Notes: a model not told the origin generated them from the sequence alone. DNA of 63,686 nt, filler included, from Octopus bimaculoides (GCF_001194135.2; 6 parts of 6 records of this genome joined end to end with filler, not necessarily neighbours in it), one strand, 5' to 3'; numbered from the whole stretch's first letter, positions 36,365 through 50,467 are shown. Numbers and translations: made by a program.

Positions 36365-36412
36365 GTTGTCATGGTAACAAGCTGCTAATGCCACGCTGTC
36401 TGTTGATTGGCT
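36365..36412. promoter_or_regulatory. RFX X-box plus CCAAT box
   Basis: GTTGTCATGGTAAC (36365-36378) fits the palindromic X-box consensus. TGATTGGCT (36404-36412) lies 26 bp away in non-repeat DNA. Confidence 0.5.
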
Positions 36413-36802
36413 AAAATTACCCAAATTTTCCTAATTTAATTTCAAATAACATCAGATTCTTTAATTTACGAGATAAAGTAAATTGGTTGATCGTAATCAA
36501 AATTCAGAGTTGAATAGATACACCAAAATTGAAAGCAATCTGAGCAAAATTAAAGGGTATTCTTGGGTAGAACGTCTTTCTTCAACGATAAGAGCAAACG
36601 TACAATTAAAGCTAAGTTCCTTTTGAGCTTGTAGAGAAATGATATTTATTGCATGATGTGTTTAAACATCGTCAGAGGAAGATTAATAGATACTTGTGTG
36701 ACTAGAAATTAATGTTTACAGTTTGGCATATTTCACTTTTAGTTTAATAGCGAGTCACTATATTAGATATTCCCTTCTTTAGTTATAAGTTTTCAATATA
36801 AC

Positions 36803-37018
36803 TGAAGGCGGTGAGCTGCCAGAATAGTTAGCACTCCAGGCGAAATGCTTGGCGGCATTTCGTCCGTCATTACGTTCAAAGTTCAATTTCCTTCGAGCTC
36901 AAATTTGCCTTTCGTCTTTTCGGGTCGATAAAATATGTTCTAGTTAAGCACGGGGGTCGATGTGATCGACTTAGCCCCTCACCCGAAATTGCAGGCCTTG
37001 TGCCAAAATTTGAAATCA
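36803..37018 (+). mobile_element. Meta-like tRNA-headed SINE
   Basis: GAAGGCGGTGAGCTGCCAGAA..GCCTTTCGTCTTTTCGGGTCGATAAAAT..GGGGTCGATGTGATCGAC. Confidence 0.8.
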
Positions 37019-37740
37019 GTATGAAACACGTGATTATGACAGAGATTAAGATGATGCTTTCAATTTCATTCCATATTTAATGTAAAACTCGAACCTGTTT
37101 TGTCGAAATATCTCAAGTCGCTGAGCTGGCAGAATCGTTAACACGGCGGCATTATGTCTGAATATGTCTATTGCCTCTTTTATTTCGTTCACATATTATG
37201 GCTTTGGGATTATATGAGAAGCGTTACAAACAGAAATATATCATAGACCATTATCACAATAATTAGAAACCTAATTTTAAGAACATTCATTATTCTTCAT
37301 ATCTATAGAAAGAATCAGTAGAGTAGCAGACTTCAATGAATGACTGTGGATTATTATGAATAACATGCAGATGAATACATGCTTCAAATTGATGCTTTGT
37401 GTGGCTTTATTTATGGTTCACAGACAGTTCCTCTTGTAAATAAGAACGGCGGTGTATTCTAGCTCTGCTTCAAATGAAAATCTATGCAGTCGAAGAACAT
37501 CAGATCACAAGCCAAGAACGAATAATGATTTTGAAAGCACTTATGTGTTAAAGAAAAATATTTAAAAGTACATTGAAAGCAATAAAAAAAATACTGGTAC
37601 AATACACAATTTGAATAGACAATAAACCTCCTCCCAAAACATGTTTGCGAAAAATATTTAAATATTTTTCTCATTTGCGTATTTGTATTTTCCAAATCAA
37701 ATACACACATGTGAACGCGCTGATACTCGAATAAATAGAC

Positions 37741-37825
37741 TTAGACACGGAGATAGAAATAGAAAGTGAGAAAGAAAAGACAGAAAGAAAGAAAAAGTGA
37801 GAGAAATAAAGAGAGTAAGTGAGAA

Positions 37826-37857
<32 letters not shown>

Positions 37858-37920
37858 GAAAGAAAGAAAGAGTGAGAGAAAGAAAGAGTGAGAGAAAGAA
37901 AGAGAGTAAGTGAGAAATAA

Positions 37921-37951
<31 letters not shown>

Positions 37952-37997
37952 AAAGAAAGAATGAAAGAGTGAGAGAAATAAAGAGAGTAAGTGAGAA

Positions 37998-38044
<47 letters not shown>

Positions 38045-38050
38045 AAGTAC
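37741..38050. repeat. (GA)/(GAAA) compound repeat with recurring AGTAAGTGAGAAA unit
   Basis: Unit recurs three times at ~80-90 bp spacing. Confidence 0.85.
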
Positions 38051-38636
38051 ATGTTTGTGTTCTAATAACTATGTACCTATATGTGTTGATGAGTCTCTAC
38101 ACTAGAAGCACTTTCTAAAGGACCTTCGCGGTTATTTCACCACACACACACACACAAACACACACACATACACAACAAAAGAAAAAAAACTCAATCACAG
38201 AAATTTCTAAATCTCCACCATACAACGCATTTCCTCTTCCTTTTTATTCTCATGAATTGGTTCCTTTTTTTTCTCGTTTTTTTTTTTTATATTTTTCATT
38301 TTCTTTCTTTTTTTCTTACCTTATTTAACATTCAACGGCTGAGTTCAATCTCTATGCATACAAATACCTTCCTTACTTGAAATATTCAATATTTCTTTGC
38401 TTCTTTCATTCTTTATTACATTTTTGGTGTGTTTGCATTTTCAATTTTGTGTACAATACTTTAATATTTTCCGTCATCATTCTTTTTTTTTTATTCCATT
38501 ATGTTGTCGTTTTACCAATAGTTAGTTACGATTATAGCTGAAAACTTGCCTTTTCGTTTTATTATTATTTTTAGCTATTCAATATTTATGCTATCCAATT
38601 TAATGATGTTTCGAAGATATACATATATGTATCTAT

Positions 38637-38673
<37 letters not shown>

Positions 38674-38760
38674 TATAGAGTGATAGATAATTATAGATAT
38701 ATATATAAATATATATATATACGATTGAATACATAGATATTATATATACATAATCAAAAA

Positions 38761-38800
<40 letters not shown>

Positions 38801-38978
38801 AATTATCATCAACATTATTGGTATTATTGTTGTTGTGATTGGTATTATTATTATTATTATTATTTACATATCGTTAGGTCGTATATTTTTTATTCATTGC
38901 GAGATAGATCATTGAAATTTTGCATAAATACGTGCATACATATTTATGCATATATACATACATTCATATATACGCACG

Positions 38979-39078
38979 NNNNNNNNNNNNNNNNNNNNNN
39001 NNNNNNNNNNNNNNNNNNNNNNTTAATTAATTAANNNNNNNNNNNNNNNNNNNNNNNNNNNNNNNNNNNNNNNNNNNN
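38979..39078. other. Assembly join spacer
   Basis: 44 N + TTAATTAATTAA + 44 N. Confidence 0.95.
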
Positions 39079-39375
39079 TGTATGTATGTATGTATGTATG
39101 TATGTATGTATGTATGTATGTTTGTTTGTATGTTTGTATGTATGTATGTATGTTTGTTTGTATGTATGTATGTATGTATGTATGTATGTATGTATGTATG
39201 TATGTTTGTTTGTATGTATGTATGTATGTATGTATGTATGTATGTATGTATGTATGTTTGTTTGTATGTTTGTATGTTTGTTTGTATGTTTGTATGTTTG
39301 TTTGTATGCATGTTTGTTTGTATGTTTGTTTGTATGTTTGTATGTTTGTTTGTATGTATGTATGTTTGTATGTTC
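39079..39375. repeat. (TATG)/(TTTG) tetranucleotide microsatellite
   Basis: Directly visible. Confidence 0.95.
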
Positions 39376-40391
39376 TTACAACACCTCTCTAGGAGAGGAA
39401 ACTCTGAAAGAAAACTTGCAGCACACAATATTCGATGATGCAGACTAGTTGTCCTTTTCGAGTTTATGTTGTCCATGTTCAGAGAGTGGGATTAGATCTG
39501 AGCAAATCCTTTCCACACTATAAAAAATCATCATGCAGAAGCATCGCTTGAGAAAAAGTAAGACCTGTCACAAAAATGGCTGGTTGTAGCCATCACATGT
39601 GTGGGACTTTCGATCAGGTGATGGCAATACTTGCAAATGAGTTTCCAGCCATCATCATGTATGCATGTCTGTATGTATGAATGAATGAATGAATGAATGA
39701 ATGAATAAGACACACAGCAATTCAAAAAATGCAGAGATGTAAAGAACACAATTGCATTAGGTTAGCAGTCATTTGTTCACCTGTCTTTTTGACATATGAC
39801 AGCAAAAAGAGGAGAAGTTTTCTTCAGAAACATAAAACATAACTACGTGTTTTTAGCTGTTGGATATTTTAGCAAATATTTTGATTTATGATGAGATAAA
39901 TATATCAATACTCAATGTTTGCTGAAAATAGAAACTTTGACAAACAGAAAATTTATTTTCCTCATATAAGCAAGGTCACAAACACTCTTAACTTGTATAT
40001 AACATTTGGCATCTTGTAATATTTCCTACATAATTTTGTAGACCTTAGAGTTATCATTTTATGTTATATATACATATCGTCATACTTGCATTAGGTTGTG
40101 TACCAGCAAAGTTGCACAAAACCTAGAAATACTCGGTTTCATGGAAAAAGAACAAAACAAATTGACACAGATTCTCCAAATTTAATCTACTAGTAGCACA
40201 GTGAGATTCATATGTGAATAGAGGCACACAATTTGATGTAAGCTTCAACAGTTCAACCAACACACCAACAACAACCACAGATTTACAAACACTAAGAACT
40301 CTCTTACCTCAAAAAGTCTTGCTGATTTGTTAGCAACCAGCTTTAACATTCAAGAACATAAATTAAACTCAAAGGAAAGTCCTACATACAA

Positions 40392-40459
<68 letters not shown>

Positions 40460-40563
40460 GAGGGGAAGGAAAAAGACAGACGAAATAAATGAAAATGCCA
40501 AAAAGAAACAAAAAATGTAACATAAACAAAAAGACAAGATAACTTCACAAACAAAATTCGTAG

Positions 40564-40706
40564 GTTGATACTTGGAGAGGTAGAAAGAATAAAAGATGAC
40601 ATTCTGAGCATTGCCCATTTCAGCAGAGTTGTAAGAGAAGAGGGAATAGACAAGGATAAATTAAAATATAAAGGAAAACTCCAGATGAGCTGGCTCACAT
40701 ATATTG
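40564..40706 (+). CDS. Candidate coding exon, product unknown
   Basis: Open frame LILGEVERIKDDILSIAHFSRVVREEGIDKDKLKYKGKLQMSWLTYI between CGTAG and GTTAGC. The acceptor lacks a pyrimidine tract. Confidence 0.3.
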
Positions 40707-40989
40707 GTTAGCTTATAAGGTAGCCATTGAATTATATGTATGTGTGCAGTCATTGAGAGTGCATAGTTGTGAGAGATGGGCCTTGAAAGCAGAGGCTAAA
40801 AAGAAACGAAACCAGTATGCTTTGTTGGTTGAGTAATTCACACAGAATACAATGGCTGGGAAGGGATTGCAGACCCAAAGTTATAATCAGTCTATCATGT
40901 GGCTATTAGCATGAGTAATGATACATTTTTGCATGTGCATTTTATTAAAATGGTATTGAAATGTAGACAGTTAGCCACATGGATTCTTT

Positions 40990-41300
40990 CAGAGAGCAGG
41001 AAACCATGATGGGGTTCTTGACAACATTTGTCTTCAGCCATCCAGGTTAGATTATTGCGGTTACCACTTTTTGAAAAATTAATGGTAGAACTTGAAGCAA
41101 TCCAATGCTGTTACACAAAGAAGATTGCTTCAATGCAACTGATAAGCTTCTGAGAAAGGCTGAAAAAGTTAGGATTCTGCTTCTGAGAATGAAGATTGGA
41201 AAAATATGCAGTAATATATCTGGAAGATCTTGGAAGGAATTGCACCAAACTTTGGCATTGAAAGCTATGCTCATCCCTAAACAAGTGTCACTGCATGATG
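40990..41300 (+). mobile_element. CR1/L2-like LINE 3' fragment
   Basis: ELEAIQCCYTKKI..ERLKKL..RLEKYAVIYIWKILEGIAPNFGIESY. Confidence 0.75.
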
Positions 41301-41374
41301 ACCTCACTATTTAGCTTTGGGACCAGCTGCTGCAGTGCCTTCAAGTTCAAATGCCTACATTATGAACGACAAAG

Positions 41375-41413
<39 letters not shown>

Positions 41414-41414
41414 A

Positions 41415-41692
41415 CTTGACTGGTTCCGGTGCTGGTAGCACACAGTAAGCACCATGCATATGTGGATCATTGCCAGTACCACCTGACTGACTCCCTGTGC
41501 TGGTGGCATGTAAAAAGCACCCACTACACTCTCGGAGTGGTTGGCATTAGGAAGGGCATCTGGCTATAGAAACACTGCCAGATGAGATTGGAGCCTGGTG
41601 CAGCGTACTGGCTTCCCAGACCCCCAGTCAAACCATCCAACCCATACCAGCATGGAAAACGGACGTTAAACGATGATGATGATGATGATGAC
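41415..41692 (+). mobile_element. RTE-tail retroposon (SINE 3' part or truncated LINE UTR) with (GAT)n tail
   Basis: GAGTGGTTGGCATTAGGAAGGGCATC..CCAACCCATACCAGCATGGAAAACGGACGTTAAACGATGATGATG. Confidence 0.85.
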
Positions 41693-41970
41693 AATATATA
41701 TACACACACACACATATATATGTTGTAAACAAACTTAAAAGTGCTAAGTGAGCCAGTATTCTACAGAAAATAAAGGAACTCTAGTTTGCAGGATGGCTAT
41801 GAAGATAGCTTAAAAAATTGAGTAAATACCCTTTAGAAGATGAGAAAAGTGGTCAGCAAGCCTCCATCGGGTCAACTCCCTGCAGAGATGGGCTTGCCAC
41901 TTTTCTACAATTCTTCACACCCATCCTGCATTCAAGAGTTTCTTTATTTTCTGTAGTATATATCTATATA

Positions 41971-43198
41971 GGCTCAGGCGTGGTTGTGTGATATGAAGCT
42001 TGCTTACTGACCACATGGTTCCAGGTTCAGTCCCACTGCATGACATCATGGGAAAGCATCTTCTGCTATAGCCTCGGGCTGACCAAAGCCTTGTGAGTGG
42101 ATTTGGTAGACGGAAACTGAAAGAAGCCTGTCACATATATATACATATACATATATATGTTTGTCTGTGTTTGTCCCCCGACCATCACTTGACAATCGAT
42201 GTTGGTGTGTTTACATCCCCGTAACTTAGCAGTTTGGCAAAAAAACATGAGTCCTGGGGGTGATTTGTTCAACTAAAGGTGGTTCTCCAGCATGGCCACA
42301 GTCAACTGACTGAAACAGGTAAAAGAATAAAAGAATATGACACAGTTTCCATCTCACAAGATATTGGCCATCTTATGCTATAGTAAAAGATACTTGTCCA
42401 AGGTGCTGTGCAGCAGAACTGAACCCAAAACCATATGATTGCAAAGTATGCTTCTTAACTACACACCCATGTCTGTGCCATGTTCCTTTTCTCTCTCATC
42501 TTTTACTTATTCCAGTAAGTGGTCATGCTGGGGCAACATATTGAAAGATTCTTAGTCAAATGTATCGACCCCCGTACTTAATTTTCTTAAAGCCTAATAC
42601 TTATTCTATTGTTCTCTTTTGTTGAACCACTAAGTTACAAGGATGGAAGCTCACCAGCACCAGTTGTCTAGTGGTCTTGGGGAACAAACAGAAGCAGGCA
42701 GACACACACGTGCGCACATACATACATATATATATGACAGGCTTCTTTCAGTTTCAGTCTACTAAATCCATTCACAAGGCTTTGGTTGGCCCGAGGCTAT
42801 AGTAGAAGACACTTACTTGCCCAAGGAGCCATGCAGTGGGACTGAACCTGGACTCATACGGTTGGGAAGCAAACTTCTTACCACACAGTCACACCTGATA
42901 ATTTATATGCCCAAAATATATTCAGATGGCTAACATGTTTCTGGAATTTTGATAATTTGAAGAAAATAAATACTATATTAAATAATAAATGAATGTAGAC
43001 ACATTAATTTAGTAATCCTGGACTTTAGGATATTACTTACACTTTTGTCATTCTACATTTGGTCATGAAATTTTTATGTTTTTCTCAAGTTGTGCCTATG
43101 ACCAATTCACCATACACTTGAAATACTTTTACTGTTTTTCCATTTTTGTTGCTGTAATGCATGCACATGCATGTGCACACACATACACACATGTATAA

Positions 43199-43258
<60 letters not shown>

Positions 43259-44030
43259 GATAGATAGTTAGATTGATTGATAGATAGATATAGATATGCA
43301 GGTATGTATATATGTGTAAATTTATATATTTATATATATATGTATATATATTCCTTTACTCTTTTACACGTTTCAGTCATTTGACTGCAGTCATGCTGGA
43401 GCACCGCCTTTAGTAAGCCTAGTACTTATTCTATCGGTCTCTTTTGCCGAACTGTTAAGTTTCAGGAACATAAACACACTAACATCGGTTGTCATGCGAT
43501 GGTGGGAGGACAAACCCAGACACAAAGGCACACGCATAAATATATATAGATATACACATGACGGGCTTCTTTCAGTTTTTGTCTACCAAATTCACTCACA
43601 AAGCTTTAATTGGCCTGAGGCTATAGTGGAAGACACTTGCTAAAGTGTGCCATGTAGTAGGACTGAACCCAGAATCATGTGGTTGGGAAGAAAGCTTCTT
43701 ACCACACAGCCACAGGGATGTAAGCACACCACCATCAATTGCCTAGTGGTGTTGCAGAACAAACACAGGCAGACACACACACACACATACATACAATATG
43801 TATCTTTTATCTTCTACTTGTCTTGTTCATTAGACTGTGGCCATGCTGGAGCACCACCTTGAAGAATTTTAGTCAAATAAATCAACTCCAGAACTTATTT
43901 TTTAAGCCTGATACATATTTTATCAGTCTCTTTTGCTGAACTGCTACCCTACAGGGTTTTAAATGCACTAACACCAGTTGTCAAGTGGTGGGGAACAAAC
44001 ACAAACATGAACACACACACACACACACAC
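41971..44030. mobile_element. Cluster of about six bipartite SINE copies or halves
   Basis: 41971-42335 (+), 42340-42480 (-, head), 42495-42895 (-), 43355-43712 (-), 43713-43790 (-, part), 43800-44030 (-, 3' half). All homologous to 28921-29487 with CpG decay. Confidence 0.85.
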
Positions 44031-44097
44031 ACACACAGTCATTTTCCTGGAAACAACGATTGTGAGTGGAGATTCATACTGGGTACATGTACATACA

Positions 44098-44131
<34 letters not shown>

Positions 44132-44135
44132 TATA

Positions 44136-44355
44136 CACAGGTATGGTGCAGAAAAGTTCCTGGCTTTAGGTAAAAGATAATACAAGAAGATCATTTAATT
44201 ATGATTTTATTCAACATATTCCCCTCTCAGATTCACACACTTATTGCAGTGTCCCTTCAGTTTTTCTAAGCCCTGTAAAAGGACTCAGAAGGTTGGGCCT
44301 CCAACCAGGCCTTTTGTGATACCCAGAAAACCAGGAACTTTTCAGCCCCAACTCA
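44136..44355 (-). mobile_element. Mariner-derived MITE
   Basis: Degenerate TIRs GAAAAGTTCCTGG / CCAGGAACTTTTC. Retains the transposase C-terminus GLEKLKGHCNKCVNLRGEYVE*. Confidence 0.75.
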
Positions 44356-44399
44356 CATTTACTTATAGATATGTATATGTATAAATATGTATGCATATA

Positions 44400-44465
<66 letters not shown>

Positions 44466-44514
44466 ATATGTATGTATGTATATATATATGTATGTATATA
44501 TATATGTACATATA

Positions 44515-44569
<55 letters not shown>

Positions 44570-44891
44570 ATGTGTGTGTATATATATATATATATATATG
44601 CATATAACCTTTAATCCCTATACATTTATTCTCTCTCTATTTTTTTTCATTCTCTTTCATTTTTTTGCCTCACAACCCTTTCTGTCGAAGAGCATATGCT
44701 CAAAAGGTCAAAGACTATTTCCATTCTTCCCAAGTGTCAAACTAATACACCTGCTTGTTGTTCCTTCACCTGTCCTTGCCTTTTGTTTTCTGTAAATTTG
44801 AACTGTGTGTTTGTGTGTGTGTATGTGTGTGATTGCATGATAAGGCTTGAAGAAGTAGAATAACACTTGATCAGCTAAGATAATAACGAAG

Positions 44892-44936
<45 letters not shown>

Positions 44937-45242
44937 GTATCTGTATGTATCTTTTCAGGCTCTAAGTCGTGGCCATGTTGGACCACTTGTAAGCATGGCT
45001 AACAATGTCATGATGACACTCAACAGTATAATCACCAAACATACTAATACTGCCTACAACAACAATATGTGTGTGTGTGTCTGTGTGTCTGTGAATGCCA
45101 TTGTTTTTGGTGTCTAACATCAGTCTTCCATCATGTAATTGCTACAGTTTCAACTCGCAATCTCAATTCAAATCACTTGCCGAAACAAGAACAATTCAAA
45201 TACATACATACTCACATGCATACACACGTGCATGCATACATA

Positions 45243-45753
<511 letters not shown>

Positions 45754-46454
45754 TGAAACAAATGATCGCTACAAGCAAAAGCAAAATCTTTTAGGAATCA
45801 AAACAATGAAAGAAAACCGAAAAAAAAGACATAGATAAATAAATATATAGAAAGAAAGAAAAAAAATCAGCAAAAGACCTCTCCTCCCACTGAATAACCA
45901 ATTGATTAATTGAGAAACAAAACAAAATAAACAAAAACAATAAAACAACATCTTTTTTATTTATTTATGTTCTCCCACCGCTACCAGTACTGCCTCCTCT
46001 TCTGATAAATACAATTTGTCATTAATTTGTTTCTGACAGGTATTTTAGATGTAGTTAAGTGAAATTTGAACCTGTACAAACTACAATGGCAATGTCTTGT
46101 TAATCACATCACTTTCATTTTATCTTCAGGGTTTCATTTTCTAGCTTGGTTTTGGATTTAAATTTGATCGTTTGTTATTTATTGTTTTTTTTTTGTTTCT
46201 TTTTGTTATCATGTAATTCTATTGTATTTTGAGCTTTGGTTTGTCCCCTTTGTTCCTGTTGTTTTTTTATAAATCTATCTTTATCTGGAGGAAGGGGTGG
46301 GTATGGTGGGAATGGAACGTTTTTGTTGTGATTGTTGTGGTAGTAACTTTGGTGTTGTAGCTGTCGTTGTTGTTGTTGTATATTTTATGGATTCATTTAG
46401 CAAGTAATTACTTCTTCTTCGTTGAAACGAGATAAATTTTTAGAGTCATTTGAG

Positions 46455-46870
46455 TATCAGATGGAGTGCCTTGTGATATTTGTTCCAACACTTTGAGCCG
46501 TGAGTTCAAATCCTGCCAACATTAACTTTCCCATCTTTTCATTTTCTTATGGGGTTGATAAATAAAGCACCACTCATCCAGAGTGGCTGAATGGTTAGAG
46601 CACTAGACAAGATACTTTGTAGTATTTCTTCTGGGTCTTTACATTCTGAGTTCAATCCCCAGCACTGATAACTTTGCTCTTCATCTCCTTTTCAGAGTTG
46701 TCAGATAAAATACTAATCTATGCCATTGGGTAAGCAGAATAGTGAGTGTTGGAGGAAATGCTTTGTAGTTTCTGTTCAAGCTCTCTGTACTCTGAGTTCA
46801 AATCCTACAATGGTCATTTTTGAATTTTCTTCTTCTGGGGTTAATAAAATACAGTACTTTGCCAGGGTGG
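46455..46870 (+). mobile_element. Three head-to-tail ancient Meta-like SINE relics
   Basis: GAGTTCAAATCC-type B-box recurs at ~46503, ~46648 and ~46795, each followed by a ..GATAAAAT-like core. Confidence 0.55.
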
Positions 46871-47029
46871 TGGGTTGGCAAAACTGTATATCAAACAAAA
46901 GGGGAGGCTGGTATGCATGGGCGACTGTTGGTCTTCCATAAACAAACTTGCCCAGACTTTTTCCTAGGAGGGGAACTTTCTAGGTGCAATCCGATGGTCA
47001 TTCATAACCAAAGGGTGTCTTTATCCTAC

Positions 47030-47618
47030 ATAGCAGCATCAACATCTTCATCATTTAATGACTGTTTTCAATGCTGGTATTTGTCTGATAGTTTGACAGG
47101 TGATGGTCAGCCAGGGGACTGTGCCAAGCTTTTCTCTCTGCTTTCACATGGTTTCTACTACCCTTCCAAAAGCCAACCACTTTGTAATGTGGACAGGGTG
47201 CTTTCTAAGTGGCACCAACACCAATGAGGTCACCAAGTAATATGCAAGACAAAGGTAAAGACCCCTCGACTCAGAGAGGAATAGTATTGAAGGAGGTGGC
47301 TTTGTGCCAGATGGTGATGAGATGTTAAGCTATGATAGTAGGACAGAAACAGGTGCCTTAATATAGATGAGATACATGGCTATCCAAGTCAGTGGAGGGA
47401 AAGGTGGGATGATGATGAAGATGTAGCAAGGTGTAACCTCAATGTACAGGGAGGTGAATATAAGTGAAGTGGTAGAGATTACTGGACAGGGTGAGTAAGC
47501 AAGGAATTCCCACAGTGTAAAAGGAGAGTAGAAGGTAGAAGGGAGGGGGAGGGGAAAGGGAGTGAACGCAGATCTGTGGGGAATGGCAGGATTGCAATGT
47601 AGGTAAGAGGAGGAGGAT

Positions 47619-47649
<31 letters not shown>

Positions 47650-47885
47650 CATAATGCATGATAAGATGTAGTTTTGTTCATTGAGGGAGTGGGGGAGATT
47701 AACATAAAGTGTTGTGGAGAGTGCATGATATACAGTGCTTCCAGAACTCAGTTTTGTTGAGGTGGGCAGGTCTTCTCAAGAACTTCATTTTGTCAGACCC
47801 CTTTGTTTATTGTCATCTCCCCTGTGAGGCTCAACAACTTCAGATTTGACCCTAGGTATTTCATCCCACGTCTTCCACAGGTTCC
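47030..47885 (-). mobile_element. RTE LINE 3' end (ORF terminus + long 3' UTR + (GAT)n tail)
   Basis: LKVDGTCGRRGMKY..NLKLLSLT at 47885-47740 (cf. VEGTCGRGRPRKTW). UTR ends CCAGCATTGAAAACAGTCATTAAATGATG. Confidence 0.6.
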
Positions 47886-47915
47886 ATCCACTTTAAGCCT
47901 TCTTCTCTATACAGC

Positions 47916-47949
<34 letters not shown>

Positions 47950-48649
47950 TATATATTTGATCCTTTATATTGAATACTCAATATTTCATCTACATTCAAT
48001 ACTTTATTTCATGGTGCCATCCATTTTTATTTTATTTTATTTTATATTGTATATTGTATATTATATTATATATTGTATATTCCATATTCTATACCCCACA
48101 TTAGTTCTGCAGGAATATAAATAAAACATAAAAAAACAGACAGTGTTGGAACTCTTTTAAACAAAATAATATATTCCTCTATACACANNNNNNNNNNNNN
48201 NNNNNNNNNNNNNNNNNNNNNNNNNNNNNNNNNNNNNNNNNNNNNNNNNNNNNNNNNNNNNNNNNNNNNNNNNNNNNNNNNNNNNNNNNNNNNNNNNNNN
48301 NNNNNNNNNNNNNNNNNNNNNNNNNNNNNNNNNNNNNNNNNNNNNNNNNNNNNNNNNNNNNNNNNNNNNNNNNNNNNNNNNNNNNNNNNNNNNNNNNNNN
48401 NNNNNNNNNNNNNNNNNNNNNNNNNNNNNNNNNNNNNNNNNNNNNNNNNNNNNNNNNNNNNNNNNNNNNNNNNNNNNNNNNNNNNNNNNNNNNNNNNNNN
48501 NNNNNNNNNNNNNNNNNNNNNNNNNNNNNNNNNNNNNNNNNNNNNNNNNNNNNNNNNNNNNNNNNNNNNNNNNNNNNNNNNNNNNNNNNNNNNNNNNNNN
48601 NNNNNNNNNNNNNNNNNTATATATATATATATTATATATACATACATAC

Positions 48650-49030
48650 AGATGCACGAGTGGTTGTGTGGTAAGAAACTTGCTTCCTGACTACATGGTT
48701 CTGGGTTCAGTCCCAGTGCATGGCACCTTGGGAAACTGTCTTCTGCTATGGCCTCAGGCCGAGCAAAGATTTTGGAGTGGATTTGGTAAACAGAAACTGA
48801 ACGAACACCGTCATATATATATATATGTATGTATTTGTATGTCTGCGTTTGTCCCCCTAGCTTCGTTTGACAACCAATGTTGGTGTGTTTACGCCCCTGT
48901 AACTTGGCAGTTCAGCATAAGTGACTGATAGAATAAGTACTAGGTTTGCAAAAAATAAGTCCTGGGGTCGGTTTGTTTGACTAAAAGCAGTGCTCCAGAC
49001 TGAAAGAAGTAAACGAATAAAAGAGTAAAA
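48650..49030 (+). mobile_element. Complete bipartite SINE
   Basis: Head GTGGTTGTGTGGTAAG..GGGTTCAGTCCC, internal (TA)n, AAAAGAGTAAAA tail. Confidence 0.85.
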
Positions 49031-49062
49031 GATTACATATATATCTATAAATAATACAGAAT

Positions 49063-49273
49063 GGGACAAGGACACAAAACATCCAGACAGTTAGGTGATG
49101 CAAGAAAGGGACAAAACATCCAGACAGACAATACAAGGAAACAAGGACAGGTCCTTCAGAGTTTTCTTTCTTCAGTCAAGATCCAGATTATCCTCACAAT
49201 TTCGGCTGGTTATTCTCAATTTTGCTCCAGTCTGGCCAGCCCCAAGGAAAAACTAAGCTAAGAGCATTAGATT

Positions 49274-49308
<35 letters not shown>

Positions 49309-49510
49309 ATCCCCAAAAATCGAAGAACAAACACAACAAGAGAAAGCAACTACACAAGGATGTAGTATAGGCAAAATATTAACAGATGCTCAGGGAAGGA
49401 AAGAAAGGTAGTTTTACGTTTTGTGCAAAGCTCATCATCAGAATCAGGAGACAGAGGAAAACTCAAGAGAAAAGGAAAACAGGGAAAAAATCACCAACGA
49501 TCCACATGTG
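49063..49510 (-). mobile_element. Two (TA)n-embedded non-coding repeats, one with a hammerhead-relic motif
   Basis: Minus-strand CTGATGATGAGC..AAAACGTAAAAC (49411-49441) with tail homologous to 8880-9015. Confidence 0.45.
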
Positions 49511-49936
49511 GTTACACTTTGCAAAGTTATATATAGTGTGATATAGTGTGATAGTTGAGGGAGATTTCACTGCTATTTTTAGCAGGGCAGGCAGCGATAC
49601 CAGGGCGTCCTGGTGTATTTGCACATGTTTTTCCATTAGCTGGATATTTACATAGCTTTAACTATAGAAGCAGATTGCTGAGTTCACTGGAAGCAGATGA
49701 AGAAGGAAAAAAAGGAGGAAGGGAGAAACATAAAGATATATGCAGAGGGAAGGGAGGAGGAAGGGGAGGAGAGCATGCAAATTTGTGAAATAAGGAAGGA
49801 AGGGGCTGGACAAACAATGGAGAGAAGGAAAGAGAGAGATAGGCTGATTTGAGGGACATGATAGAAAGCTGATATCATGATATGATGGATGAAACTGTGA
49901 GATAGAACTGTGTGCGTATATTCATATGTGCATTTA

Positions 49937-50050
<114 letters not shown>

Positions 50051-50061
50051 TGTGTGTATGT

Positions 50062-50465
50062 ATTCTTTTATTCTTTTACTTGTTTCAGTAATTTGACTGT
50101 GGCCATGCTGGAGCACTGCCTTTAGTTAAACAATTCGACCCCAGGACTTATTCATTGTAAGCCTAGTACTTATTCTATTGATCTCTTCTGCTGAGCCACT
50201 AAGTTACAGGGATGTAAACACACCAACATCAGTTGTCAAGCGACGGTGGAGGGACAAACACAGACACAAAAATACACCCATACATACACACACAGATATA
50301 TATAGGATGGGCTTCTTTCGATTTCCATGTACCAAATCCACTCAGAAGGCTTTGGTTGGCCTGGGGCTATAATAGGAGACACTTGCCCAAGGTGCCATGC
50401 AGTGGGTCTGAACCTGGAACCATGTGTTTGGGAAGCAAGCTTCTTACCACACAGCCATACCCGCC
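50062..50465 (-). mobile_element. Complete bipartite SINE
   Basis: Homologous to 28921-29487. Confidence 0.85.
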
Positions 50466-50467
50466 GT

